A DNA stretch of 64,000 nt, taken from the NCBI GenBank assembly GCA_039586795.1, contig JBDHJS010000017.1, positions 51,168-115,167 on the forward strand, read 5' to 3'. Shown in pieces: positions 1 through 9,838 of the stretch; the stretch's first letter is position 1, and each line of letters starts with the position of its first letter. The notes under the pieces are model-generated. The model saw nothing but the letters and a program-made list of their open reading frames with translations. It had not been told where the DNA came from and made no database searches. Both the position numbers and the translations under genes were made by a program. The DNA is from Gemmatimonadota bacterium (GTDB lineage Bacteria > Gemmatimonadota > Gemmatimonadetes > Palauibacterales > KS3-K002).

Positions 1-89
1 ACGGTCCGTTCTTCGCCATGCTGATTGCAGGCACCTGGTCGGGCTCGTGGCTGCAAGCGGCCGCAGAGGGATTCAAGTCACGACGGTGA
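1..89 (+). CDS. 3' end of a membrane protein running in from the left edge (possibly glycosyltransferase-like)
   Basis: Open frame from nt 3: GPFFAMLIAGTWSGSWLQAAAEGFKSRR, stop TGA 87-89; hydrophobic; converges on the GT2 gene. Confidence 0.45.
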   Translation, partial: GPFFAMLIAGTWSGSWLQAAAEGFKSRR

Positions 90-1449
90 CCGCGGCCCGA
101 TTACGTCGGCGCGCCATGCTGCCGACAGCGACGGCGGTGAAGCCGTATTGGAAGAGCAAGAGAAAGGGTATGGACGCGTAGAGTCCGTTCGCCAGAGCGT
201 AGGCGATCGCGATCGCTACGTATACGGCAAGAGCGGATTCGACTGCGGTACCCAACCAGTTGTTCCTGGGCCGGTACCCCACCCTAGCGCTACCCCGCTT
301 GGGCGTTCGAACAAATTCCGGCTCGCCCCGACGCGCCAAGCCCGCCAGTAGGGCCCTGGCATTGTTGACCGACAATCCGATCCCCAACGCGAGAATCACC
401 GGCACGTATAATAGGACGGCAAGCAGAAGCAGCGGCCATCCGTTTTGGAGGCGCACAATGGCGGCGGGAAACACCAGCACGGCCACAGCCAGCGTGAGCA
501 GCGACGGCATGTAGGACGTCAGGTGCATGATCGCCTCCAGCTTCACACGCCACCCATGGCCATCGCGCAAGAGGTCGGGAAGTAGTTTGCGAGCTGTCTG
601 CATCGAGCCCTGCGCCCACCGAGCCTGCTGGGTCTTGAACGACGTGATCTCGGCCGGTAGCTCACCGGGCACGACCACGTCGGGCAAAAAGACAAATCGC
701 CAGCCTTTCATCTGTGCTCGGTAGCTAAGGTCCAGGTCCTCGGTCAGCGTGTCGGACTGCCAACCACCCGCTTCGCGCAGGCATTTGACACGCCAGATCC
801 CGGCGGTACCGTTGAAGTTGAAAAAGAGACCGGCTGCGGCGCGAGCTCCGTGCTCGATGTGAAAGTGGGCGTTCAAGATGAGCGCCTGCGCACGCGTGAG
901 CCACGAGGCGGTCTCATTCAGGTGCCCCCAGCGCGCCTGCACCATCCCGACTCCTGGATCCGCAAAAGGAGGCAGCAATAGGCGAAGCAGGTCCGGCTTG
1001 GGAACGAAATCGGCATCGAGCACCAAAACGAATTCTCCGGCTGCCCGCTCGAGGCCATGAGCGAGAGCACCCGCTTTGTAGCCGGTGCGACGAGCGCGGC
1101 GAACATAGCGCACGTCGACGCCGGCGCCTCGGTGGTACGCGACTCGGCGGCGTGCCAACGCGGCGGTCTCGTCCGTCGAGTCGTCAAGCACCTGAATCTC
1201 GAGCCGGTCGCCAGGGTAGTCCAAAGCACACGCCGCATCGATCAAGCGCTCGACCACGTATCGCTCGTTGTAGATGGGAAGCTGAACGGTCACACGCGGT
1301 CTCCACTGTCCTGGACCAGGCGGCCTCGGGCGCCCGACGCTCATGCTTCGACGGCGGTAGACATACAGCAGCCAGCCCCTATGGAGACTATAGATGACGA
1401 GGGCCGCCAGGGTGCCGCCGTACGCGATGAGTATCAGCTGGCCGAGCAT
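73..1449 (-). CDS. Family 2 glycosyltransferase, cellulose-synthase-like, membrane-bound
   Basis: VTVQLPIYNE, LDDSTD, GYKAGAL, DAD, TED and QQARW (D,D,D,QxxRW) motifs; N- and C-terminal TM helices. Confidence 0.92.
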   Translation of the reverse strand: MLGQLILIAYGGTLAALVIYSLHRGWLLYVYRRRSMSVGRPRPPGPGQWRPRVTVQLPIYNERYVVERLIDAACALDYPGDRLEIQVLDDSTDETAALARRRVAYHRGAGVDVRYVRRARRTGYKAGALAHGLERAAGEFVLVLDADFVPKPDLLRLLLPPFADPGVGMVQARWGHLNETASWLTRAQALILNAHFHIEHGARAAAGLFFNFNGTAGIWRVKCLREAGGWQSDTLTEDLDLSYRAQMKGWRFVFLPDVVVPGELPAEITSFKTQQARWAQGSMQTARKLLPDLLRDGHGWRVKLEAIMHLTSYMPSLLTLAVAVLVFPAAIVRLQNGWPLLLLAVLLYVPVILALGIGLSVNNARALLAGLARRGEPEFVRTPKRGSARVGYRPRNNWLGTAVESALAVYVAIAIAYALANGLYASIPFLLLFQYGFTAVAVGSMARRRNRAAVTVVT

Positions 1450-1755
1450 CTGAAACCCGAGATCATATTAGACATGACACCCGACTTTACATCGTGGGGT
1501 GCGTGGCCGCCAGCGCCTTGACGGCATCGCCCCCGTCTCATAGGTGTGTGGTCTGATGTTTCGAGAACTGTCATCGAACACTCACGAGATCGTTCGGTTC
1601 CCGGGAACCGATCTGCGCGCGCGACTGTTCAGACCGAGCCAGGACAACGTGGCTCGCCGACGAACGGTGGCGAGCCAGCGAAATAGACCACTGAACTGGA
1701 GAAAGATTTGGCGGTGGCTGTGGGGCTTACCGACTCTGCTGCGACGGTACGGACC

Positions 1756-2469
1756 GTGAAGAAATCGAGCACCGGACGACGCCTGGGGCTACGTGCCCTC
1801 CTGCTCGCCGTTCTTTTCCTCGGCGGATTGGCACTGTTCCGCTGGACGCCGCTTTCACAATACGCCAACCCGGAAGTCATCGCCGAGTTTTTCCGAAGCC
1901 TCGGCACGCCCTGGTGGTCGCCGCTGGTCTTCGTGCCGTTGTACGCGTTCAGCGTGGCGTTCGGGATGCCCGGCACGATACCCACGCTGGCGGGCGGTGC
2001 GATCTTCGGCGTGGCGCGCGGGATGTTGTTCAATACGATCGCCGCCAACCTGGGCGCCTTGTTCGCCTTCCTGGTCGCACGCTACCTGGGTCGGGATTTC
2101 GTTGCGAAGATTCTCAAAGGCAGAGCGGCGATGTTGGACGAGAAGATCGGCGACCACGGGTTCGGGACGATGCTATACCTGAGGCTCATCCCGCTCGTCC
2201 CCTTCAACGCATTGAACTTTGGAGCTGGCCTTTCACGTATTTCGTTGCGCCACTACGTCCTGGGCACACTCATCGGAATGCTGCCCGGCACCCTAGTCTA
2301 CACTTACTTCGCCGACGCCCTCATGGTCGGAACGGGCGAAGCCCGCCGCGAGGCCTTCATAAACTTCTTGATAGCGGCGTCCGTGCTGGTGGCGTTTACC
2401 GTGTTGACGTGGTGGATCCGAAAGCGACGGTCAGCGCGCTCCGTCCTTGCCAAGCCAGGCGAGAATTAG
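1756..2469 (+). CDS. TVP38/TMEM64 (DedA/VTT, SNARE-associated) membrane protein
   Basis: PGTIPTLAGGAIFG, ARYLGR, LRLIPLVPFNALNFGAGLS, GMLPGT motifs; GTG start at 1756 chosen (ORF track gives 1708). Confidence 0.9.
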   Translation: MKKSSTGRRLGLRALLLAVLFLGGLALFRWTPLSQYANPEVIAEFFRSLGTPWWSPLVFVPLYAFSVAFGMPGTIPTLAGGAIFGVARGMLFNTIAANLGALFAFLVARYLGRDFVAKILKGRAAMLDEKIGDHGFGTMLYLRLIPLVPFNALNFGAGLSRISLRHYVLGTLIGMLPGTLVYTYFADALMVGTGEARREAFINFLIAASVLVAFTVLTWWIRKRRSARSVLAKPGEN

Positions 2470-3474
2470 TCCACCGCCGACCCCGACCGTGACGTAGTTG
2501 TTAAAGAAACGCCAGACCGCCGTGTAGGGAACGATGAGCCCGGGCGTCAAGAACGGCGCCATGATGGCGGCGACGATCACCTCTCCTATGCCGGCGCCGC
2601 TGGGCACCGGGATCACGAACAGTAAGTACTGGACGACGATGTGGAGTAGCATCACCTCGCGGAACGGTGCTTCGACGACAAAGCCTCGCAGGACTACATA
2701 GCCCAACACGAAACGTGAGCCGAAGTGGATGACTCCGCTCAGCACCGCCAGCACGAAGTTCAGTTTGCCCGACTTCCAATAAGCGACGATGCCGACGTGT
2801 ATCTCGTCGAATTGATGAAGCACACGCGCAATGCGCGGGTGTTCGGACCCCATCGTGCGCCGGATCGCGCTGCGAGCGACGCCCGGCAGGAGCGCGAGCC
2901 CGACAATCACCACCACACCGATCGCGAACAGCCAGGCCGACCATCTGAACAGTGCGGCGGCTGAAAGGTTGGCGATCGGCAGGCGAATCTCCGCCACGGT
3001 TCCGGTGGCCCCCAGCGCCCAGGCGACGAGTCCAGCCAGCGAGAGAAAGATCACGTTCGACAGGAACGACATGGCGTTGACGGCGGCGGCGCGGCCGAAG
3101 CTGACGCCCTGTCGCATGAGGCCATAGACCGTTCCGGTTGCGCTGCCCGTCGACGACGGAGTGATATACCCCATCGCAGTATTTACCACGCTGATCTGCG
3201 TACATTCATAAAAGGAGAGGCGACTCTCGTGTGGGCCGGTCAGCGCTTTGAAGCGCATCCCGCCGCCGATCCAGCCGAGCACAGCAAGCCCGGCGGCGGG
3301 TAGGAACCACTGCGGGTTGAACTGCTGTAGGCTGGATAGCTCCTGCGCCCAATTCTTTGAAACCAGGAACAGGAACATGAAGCCGACCACAGACGCGGCG
3401 GCGAAAATGACTAGCCCCCATCGGATGACGGAGACCGGTATCCCGGCGACGTTAGTCGGTCGCTTCTCCCCCAC
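2431..3474 (-). CDS. Lysylphosphatidylglycerol synthase TM / flippase-like domain protein (UPF0104/YbhN-like)
   Basis: Multi-TM; ITPSSTGS, IPVPSGAGIGE and VWRFFNNY motifs characteristic of the family. Confidence 0.82.
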   Translation of the reverse strand: MGEKRPTNVAGIPVSVIRWGLVIFAAASVVGFMFLFLVSKNWAQELSSLQQFNPQWFLPAAGLAVLGWIGGGMRFKALTGPHESRLSFYECTQISVVNTAMGYITPSSTGSATGTVYGLMRQGVSFGRAAAVNAMSFLSNVIFLSLAGLVAWALGATGTVAEIRLPIANLSAAALFRWSAWLFAIGVVVIVGLALLPGVARSAIRRTMGSEHPRIARVLHQFDEIHVGIVAYWKSGKLNFVLAVLSGVIHFGSRFVLGYVVLRGFVVEAPFREVMLLHIVVQYLLFVIPVPSGAGIGEVIVAAIMAPFLTPGLIVPYTAVWRFFNNYVTVGVGGGLILAWLGKDGAR

Positions 3475-3498
3475 CCCGTTGCCCGCGTTCAGTCGAGC

Positions 3499-4017
3499 CT
3501 ACCGACGCGGCCAGACCTGTCGGCCTGTGAGGTGCAGGTAAGAACGCAGCCAGAAGCTTGGGCGTTCGTGATACCTGTAGCGAACCGTCCCACCATCGCT
3601 CGTCTTCACGTCGATAGGCGAGCGTCCGCGCAGGATGATCCGATCGTCGCGACACACACTGAACTGCATCGGGCGTTCGCTACGCATACGACGCTGGCGC
3701 TGTCTACTGGCCCGGACCTGGTGACGCGATTCGCGTCTGCGTTGGCGACGCTCCCTCAGCTCACCGGCACGTCTCTGAATGGAGTCGACCCGGTCGCTCC
3801 ACGCATCACGCCCGGCGCGAGCGCTGCCTCGGGCTCGCTCACCCGCCTGACGAAGGCGCGTCCCGGTTCGACGCCGAGCTTCGTCCGCATACTCGGCGGC
3901 GCGACCCGCCGTTTCGCCCAGCGTGCCGCTGGCCACTTCAACCGCTTCGACGAACCGATCCGCCAGTCTCTCGACGAACGACTTCCGGCCCGCTAGTCCC
4001 AACAGTTCGAACAACAC
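3499..4017 (-). CDS. Hypothetical protein: Ala/Arg-rich helical region plus small C-terminal domain
   Basis: GGAG RBS ~8 nt before GTG at 4017; sits between the upstream ORF and the flippase gene with ~20-25 bp gaps. Confidence 0.55.
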   Translation of the reverse strand: MLFELLGLAGRKSFVERLADRFVEAVEVASGTLGETAGRAAEYADEARRRTGTRLRQAGERARGSARAGRDAWSDRVDSIQRRAGELRERRQRRRESRHQVRASRQRQRRMRSERPMQFSVCRDDRIILRGRSPIDVKTSDGGTVRYRYHERPSFWLRSYLHLTGRQVWPRR

Positions 4018-4037
4018 TTTCTTTTCTCCGATCCGGT

Positions 4038-4457
4038 TCACAGCAACTGTATTAGCTGCTGCGGATCCAGCTGCTCCCAATCCATCCCGACAACCACATG
4101 GGCCAACCCGGACTGCGCGATTCTCATCTGAGCCGCCCGGCGACCCCAGAAATACGTGGCGATCTCTCCGACGGTCGCCGGCGTTGGCTGTTTGGTACCC
4201 TGAACAGCCAGATGCCGCACCGGCTTACCCTCGAAGAGCGATGCCTCATCATCAAAATCGATGCCGTACATCACCTGGACCCCAAACGACAGGTCCCGGA
4301 TGTGGTCCGGTCGGTCTCCGGGCCAACGGTTCCAATCGCGCTCCAACTCCTGCAGATCGATCCAGTTCTCTCGCTGCTCGGCATGAACACGCAATTGCCG
4401 CGCCACATGCCGTAGCTCGATGGCGCCCGGCGACAGGTCGACGATCTCTTGGCCCAC
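4038..4457 (-). CDS. Hypothetical soluble protein (~139 aa)
   Basis: Globular-looking sequence MGQEIVDLSPGAIELRHVARQ...; GTG at 4457; 20 bp gap to the next gene. Confidence 0.55.
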   Translation of the reverse strand: MGQEIVDLSPGAIELRHVARQLRVHAEQRENWIDLQELERDWNRWPGDRPDHIRDLSFGVQVMYGIDFDDEASLFEGKPVRHLAVQGTKQPTPATVGEIATYFWGRRAAQMRIAQSGLAHVVVGMDWEQLDPQQLIQLL

Positions 4458-4832
4458 GTATCCCGGAGGCCTGGGATCGATAATGATCCAGTGACTAGGT
4501 CCGGGTGTGCTCCCGCGGTCGAATGAAAACGGCACGAATTCTGTATTCCTGGGGCTGTGACCCCTTCGTAATCGAATAACCGATCCCTTGCACACTCCTA
4601 AGATCTGTCCGCCGGCCACCGCGGGCAACCGCTACTCTCACACTACGAACTTCATCTCGTGGCCGTTTCCGGCTCCTCGGACAGGCATGCCAGAACACTT
4701 GACCCCGTTACCCGCGGAGGCCCAGACTTCAACGACACCGCCCACACGGTGGATCTGGCTAGGGAGCGTCGAGCGGTCTGGGACAGAAATAAGCCACCGG
4801 CCAGAGGTCACCAGCCCCCTGGGAGCATGGAA

Positions 4833-6278
4833 ATGCGTAACGCTTTTCGTACTTGCCTGTCTCTCGTCGCAACCGTATCGATGGCCACACCGCTCGCCGG
4901 CCAAAGCGCGGATCCAGAGAAGCTGCAGCTCGAGCCCTGCACATTGCAGGGCACCGAGTACGAGGTCCGCTGCGGAACCTACACGGTTTTCGAGAACCGA
5001 GACGCCGCCTCCGGCCGCACGATCGATCTCAACATCATCGTTCTCCCGGCACGTAGTGAAGACCGCGAACCCGACCCGGTCTTCTACCTGACCGGCGGAC
5101 CCGGCCTTGCCGCGACGAAGGTTGCGAGCGGCATGCGCTTCGCCTGGTACGGCGACAAACGGGACATCGTGCTGGTGGATCAGCGCGGCACGGGCAAATC
5201 CAACGGATTGGACTGTGCAATCGTCGCCGATGAGAACGATCTCCAAGGCTACCTCGACCCCGCGTTCAGGACCGAGGTGTTCGAGCCATGCCGAAGAGAG
5301 CTCGAGAAGATCGCGGACCTCACGCAGTACACGACGCCGATCGCGATGGACGACCTGAACGAGGTCCGTGAGGCGCTGGGCTACGACAAGATCAACGTAA
5401 TGGGCGGGTCGTACGGCAGTCGGGCGACGCTCGTCTACATGCGACGGCACCCGGAAACGGTACGGACGGCGATCGTGAACGGTGTGGCGCCGATCGCGTT
5501 CCGCAATCCGCTCTATCACGCACGGGAAGCGCAGGACGCGCTGGAACTGACGTTCAGAGAGTGCGCCGAGGAAGAAGCGTGTCACGCGGCGTTTCCGAAT
5601 TTGGAGCGCGAGTTCGACGAAGTCATCGCGCGGCTGGAGCAGCAGCCGGCAACAGTCTCTTACACGGATCCCAATACCGGCCAGACCGTCGACCTGCAGA
5701 TGACTCGATACGCTTTTGCCGAAGCACTGCGCACGACGCTCTACTACATGCCCGGCGCCCGCAATGCGCCTCTGCTCATCCACAAGGCATACAACGGCGA
5801 CTATCAGTTTTTCGTCGAGACGGGCATGCAGTCGAACCGCGCGATCGTCGACATGCTGCAGTTCGGAATGCTGTTGTCGGTGACCTGCCCCGAAGACCTG
5901 GCGCGAATCGAACCCGACGAGATCCCCGCCCTGACGGACGGCACGTTCCTGGGCGATAACCGGGTACGCAACCAGATGGCGGCCTGCGAGATTTGGCCGA
6001 AGGGGAATGTCCCGGACGACTACGGCGAGCCGGTTTCGGTCGACGTGCCAACGCTGGTGCTCTCCGGCACGAACGACCCGGTGACGTCGCCGCGCTGGGG
6101 CGATGAGGCGGCCAGCCATCTACCGAACAGCTTGCATCTCGTCGTGCCGGCGGCGCACGGCGCCAGCGGACCCTGCGTAACCTTCATCTCGGCCCAGTTC
6201 CTGAAGGAGGCGTCGGTCGACGATCTCGATACCGCCTGCGTCTCGGAGATCAAGCTACCCCGATTCCGGACCCAGTAG
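4833..6278 (+). CDS. Secreted alpha/beta hydrolase, TAP-like (tripeptidyl aminopeptidase family)
   Basis: Signal peptide; GGPG, DQRGTG, GGSYG nucleophile, DPVT acid, AHG His; GGAG RBS before ATG 4833. Confidence 0.9.
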   Translation: MRNAFRTCLSLVATVSMATPLAGQSADPEKLQLEPCTLQGTEYEVRCGTYTVFENRDAASGRTIDLNIIVLPARSEDREPDPVFYLTGGPGLAATKVASGMRFAWYGDKRDIVLVDQRGTGKSNGLDCAIVADENDLQGYLDPAFRTEVFEPCRRELEKIADLTQYTTPIAMDDLNEVREALGYDKINVMGGSYGSRATLVYMRRHPETVRTAIVNGVAPIAFRNPLYHAREAQDALELTFRECAEEEACHAAFPNLEREFDEVIARLEQQPATVSYTDPNTGQTVDLQMTRYAFAEALRTTLYYMPGARNAPLLIHKAYNGDYQFFVETGMQSNRAIVDMLQFGMLLSVTCPEDLARIEPDEIPALTDGTFLGDNRVRNQMAACEIWPKGNVPDDYGEPVSVDVPTLVLSGTNDPVTSPRWGDEAASHLPNSLHLVVPAAHGASGPCVTFISAQFLKEASVDDLDTACVSEIKLPRFRTQ

Positions 6279-6291
6279 GCCAATGTGCTGG

Positions 6292-7509
6292 TCAGCGGTT
6301 GCCGGATGCCATCTTGCCGGCATCGGGGAGCGAGCGTAGGCGGAGCATGCTGGTGATTCCGAAGACCGGGCCGATCACCAGTATGGTGAAGGCCCACTCC
6401 CAGCCGATCCGATCGACCAGAGGCGGGACGAGCCGAATGGTCAGGAGCGTCAGCAGGAAGCCGAGGCTCGTCTGCATCGTCAACGCGGTACCGACGTAGC
6501 GGGAATCGCTGAGCTCGCTCACCGCCGCGCTGAACTGCGCGCTATCCGCCACCACCGTGAACCCCCAGATCAAACAAACGAGAGTCACGAGTAACGGCGA
6601 CTGAAACAGCAAGCCGACCACCAGCGCGCAACTGCCGGAGATCAACATGCTGGCAGCGGCAACTCGGGTCCTTCCGAGACGATCCGCCAACCGTCCGGCG
6701 ATGACGCAGCTCGGGCCACCAATCGCCACCGCCGCGAAGCCCGCCAGTCGCGCGCCGGTCTCACTCCAGCCGGCCTGCTGGTAGGCCGCGAGCAGGAAGA
6801 TGGGGACCCAGGTCCACATCGCGTACAACTCCCACATGTGGCCGAAGTATCCGAAGTTGGCCAGCCGCAGCGGCTGATTCTTGAGCGCCTCAGCCGCCTG
6901 CCGCGGATCGAACGGCGCGGTAGCCGAGAGCAACGGACCCTGCCGGACGAAGAGCCCGGTCAGCAACGATCCGACCAAGGCCGAGGCGGACGCGATCAAC
7001 AGGACGGGCCGCCAGGGTGGAATTCCCACCTCACCGCCAACGACGGGAAGCGCGGCGAAGAGGTGCGGTAGCGCCGAGCCGACCGTGAGCGCGCCGACCA
7101 GGAAGCCGATGCAGAGGCCCCGGTCCTCCTTGCACCAGGTCGCCATCAGCTTCATACCCGGTGGGTACACTCCGGCAAGCGCCATCCCCGTAAGAAAGCG
7201 TAAGACGATGGCGGCCCACGGGCCGTCCACGAACAACGCGATGCCGGCGTTGAACGCGGCGCCCAGCAACGCGCTGAGGGCGATCAGCCGGCGCGCCGGG
7301 ATCCGATCGGCGATGTTGAGTGATGCAGAAAGCAGAGCCCCGACCACGAAACCGAGCTGCACGCTCATCGTGAGCCAGGAAGCCTCGGCGCCGCTCAGGC
7401 TCCACTCCGCTCGCAGCTGCGGCACGACGGCCGAAGCCGAGAACCAGAGCGACATCGCCAGCATCTCTCCGACGGCCAGCAGCCAGAGGCTTCGCCATTT
7501 CTCACTCAT
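6292..7509 (-). CDS. MFS transporter
   Basis: ~12 TM; GRLADRLGRT loop, VYPPGMK, GHMWELYAMW, VADSAQFS; start MSEKW at 7509. Confidence 0.9.
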   Translation of the reverse strand: MSEKWRSLWLLAVGEMLAMSLWFSASAVVPQLRAEWSLSGAEASWLTMSVQLGFVVGALLSASLNIADRIPARRLIALSALLGAAFNAGIALFVDGPWAAIVLRFLTGMALAGVYPPGMKLMATWCKEDRGLCIGFLVGALTVGSALPHLFAALPVVGGEVGIPPWRPVLLIASASALVGSLLTGLFVRQGPLLSATAPFDPRQAAEALKNQPLRLANFGYFGHMWELYAMWTWVPIFLLAAYQQAGWSETGARLAGFAAVAIGGPSCVIAGRLADRLGRTRVAAASMLISGSCALVVGLLFQSPLLVTLVCLIWGFTVVADSAQFSAAVSELSDSRYVGTALTMQTSLGFLLTLLTIRLVPPLVDRIGWEWAFTILVIGPVFGITSMLRLRSLPDAGKMASGNR

Positions 7510-7727
7510 AAGCACGCCGCTCCTCGATCGAGAGCGACAATATGAGCATCTGTGATGGGTGTGGGACAGAGGGAGGTAGTGACTCAATCGTCCTCCGCTG
7601 CACCACAACCCGTTACTCCAGTGTCCTGTGACTCGGCCAGGCAGTAAGTTATCTATTCGTAAACCGGCATTGGTTGGGCACGGAAGGGGTCCCAACCGCG
7701 TTCTAGTTTCGGGTGCGTACACGATCT

Positions 7728-9317
7728 ATGACTGATTCCGCGACTCGAAAGCCGCAGCGGCTGGCCGCGATCGACATCGGCAGCAACACGATCCGACTCG
7801 TGGTCGTGGAAGTCGATGCGGACGGGACTTACCGAGTGCTGGATGAGGAGCGCGAACAGACCCGGCTGAGTCGCGGTCTGCAGAAGACCGGCAAGCTCGA
7901 CAAGGATTCGATGGAGAGATCGCTGGAAGCTCTTGGCAGGATGAAACAGATTGCCGACGGCTACGACGTAGCAGAGCTCCGGGCCATTGCCACCGCCGCC
8001 GTTCGTTCAGCGAGCAACCGTAGAACGTTTCGCCGCCAAGCCGCGCGTCGTCACGGCCTGGACGTTCAGGTCGTATCCGCGCGCAACGAGGCACGGCTCG
8101 CGTTTTTGAGCATGGGCCGGCAGTTCAATCTGGACGGCACGCCCGTAGCGATGGTCGATATCGGTGGTGGCAGCGTCGAGATCGTGCTGGCTGCCGGCAC
8201 GGTTGTGGACCGCATCTACTCGCTTCCGTTGGGCGCCGTCCGTCTGACGGAAGGCTTCGGCGAGTCCGACCCATGGAAAGACCGCGACTGGCGCAAGCTG
8301 AACAAAGCAATCGACAAATCAATCAAGCGTCGAGTCGGAAAACCCCCGATCAATCCGCAAGTCATGGTTGGCAGCGGCGGAACTTTTACCGCGCTAGGCG
8401 GGATGGTGAAGTACGAACGGGAGGGACGCGCGGATGGGGTCCAGGGATACCCGATCGCCCGGGCCGAGGTCGTATCTCTAGTCAATCGGCTACGCGAGAT
8501 GCCGGAGGAATCGCGAAAGCAGGTTCCCGGCTTGAGCCCCGATCGGGCGGACATCATCGTTGCCGGTGCGGCCGCGATAGCGCGGCTCGCCAAGCACCTG
8601 GGCTGCCGCCAGATCCTGGTCAACGAAGGTGGAGTTAGGGAAGGTCTCCTGCTGTCCATGATCGCCGAACGCACCCGTGGCAAGCGAATCCCCGGATCCC
8701 AGTTCAAAGATCGCATGGAGTGGGTGCGGCTGTTCGCCAGAAAGTGCGGTTCGAACGAGATGCATTGCGACCACGTAGCGTTTCTGGCGACGCAGATCTT
8801 CGACGGACTCCAGGAAACGTATGAGCTAGAGCCCGAAGGCCGCGAGCTTCTCGTGGCGGCAGCGTTGCTGCACGAGATCGGCTACCTGATCAGCCACGCG
8901 AAGCACCACAAACACGCTTATCATCTGATCATGCACGGAGACCTGCCGGGCTACTCGGCTCGTGAGGTCGAGTTAATCGCCAACATCGCCAGGTATCATC
9001 GGCGGGCGTACCCAAAGAAGTCACACGAGAACTTAGCATCGTTGGGAAAGGCAGATCGCAGGATGGTGCGGCAACTGAGCGCAATCCTCCGCGTCGCCGA
9101 CGGCCTGGACCGTACGCATGCCCGAACGATCACCGCGATAGCCGTCGAGCACGATGACGACGCAACACGGTTACTGCTAGAGTCGCAGATGCAGCCGCGG
9201 GTAGAGATGTGGGATGCCGATCGAAAGGCCGGGCTTTTCGAAAAGGTCTACAGATCCGAACTTGAATTTCATTGGGTCGAGCGCGACGAAAAGCCGGCAC
9301 TGCGATCGGTCAGCTAA
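7728..9317 (+). CDS. ppx: Exopolyphosphatase Ppx/GppA with C-terminal HD domain
   Basis: AAIDIGSNTIRL, ATAAVR, DIGGGSVE, GSGGT, RADII, GVREG, LHEIG...HHKH. Confidence 0.93.
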   Translation: MTDSATRKPQRLAAIDIGSNTIRLVVVEVDADGTYRVLDEEREQTRLSRGLQKTGKLDKDSMERSLEALGRMKQIADGYDVAELRAIATAAVRSASNRRTFRRQAARRHGLDVQVVSARNEARLAFLSMGRQFNLDGTPVAMVDIGGGSVEIVLAAGTVVDRIYSLPLGAVRLTEGFGESDPWKDRDWRKLNKAIDKSIKRRVGKPPINPQVMVGSGGTFTALGGMVKYEREGRADGVQGYPIARAEVVSLVNRLREMPEESRKQVPGLSPDRADIIVAGAAAIARLAKHLGCRQILVNEGGVREGLLLSMIAERTRGKRIPGSQFKDRMEWVRLFARKCGSNEMHCDHVAFLATQIFDGLQETYELEPEGRELLVAAALLHEIGYLISHAKHHKHAYHLIMHGDLPGYSAREVELIANIARYHRRAYPKKSHENLASLGKADRRMVRQLSAILRVADGLDRTHARTITAIAVEHDDDATRLLLESQMQPRVEMWDADRKAGLFEKVYRSELEFHWVERDEKPALRSVS

Positions 9318-9330
9318 CCATGATAGACCG

Positions 9331-9837
9331 ATGGATTTGATCATCGTTAGGCACGCTATCGCGGAAGACCGGGAGGCATTCGCAGCGAGGGGCGAGTCGG
9401 ACAGCCTGCGCCCTCTCACATCGAAGGGGCACAAGCGAATGCGTCGGGGCGCCCGGGGCCTAAAACAAATCATCCCCCAGGTCGACCTGATCGCAACCAG
9501 CCCGTTGGTCCGCGCGCGCCAGACTGCCGAGATTCTGGGGCACATCTACGACAACACGGTCGCAATCGAGATCGCCGAGCTCGAACCGGGCGCCAGTCTG
9601 GAGAGCATGTTGCGCTGGCTTCAGAACCAACGATCTGATGCGACGATCATGCTCGTCGGCCACGAGCCGTTCCTCAGTATGCTGATCTCCTGGTTGACGA
9701 CGCGATCGGATGACACGTTTCTGGAATTCAAAAAGGGTGGCGCCTGTTTCATCACTTTCGATGAGGGTATCTATGCCGGTGGGGCCACGATGCAGTGGCT
9801 TGTGACACCGGCACAGTTGAGAAGCCTGAGCGCCTAG
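9331..9837 (+). CDS. sixA: Phosphohistidine phosphatase SixA
   Basis: MDLIIVRHAIA, RPLT, SPLVRARQTA, VGHEP, FKKGG motifs. Confidence 0.9.
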   Translation: MDLIIVRHAIAEDREAFAARGESDSLRPLTSKGHKRMRRGARGLKQIIPQVDLIATSPLVRARQTAEILGHIYDNTVAIEIAELEPGASLESMLRWLQNQRSDATIMLVGHEPFLSMLISWLTTRSDDTFLEFKKGGACFITFDEGIYAGGATMQWLVTPAQLRSLSA

Positions 9838-9838
9838 C

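Noticed and set aside
4460..4830. Possible riboswitch or ncRNA in the divergent intergenic region
   Set aside because: Could not match c-di-GMP, c-di-AMP, cobalamin or other consensus elements by eye; an Rfam scan would settle it
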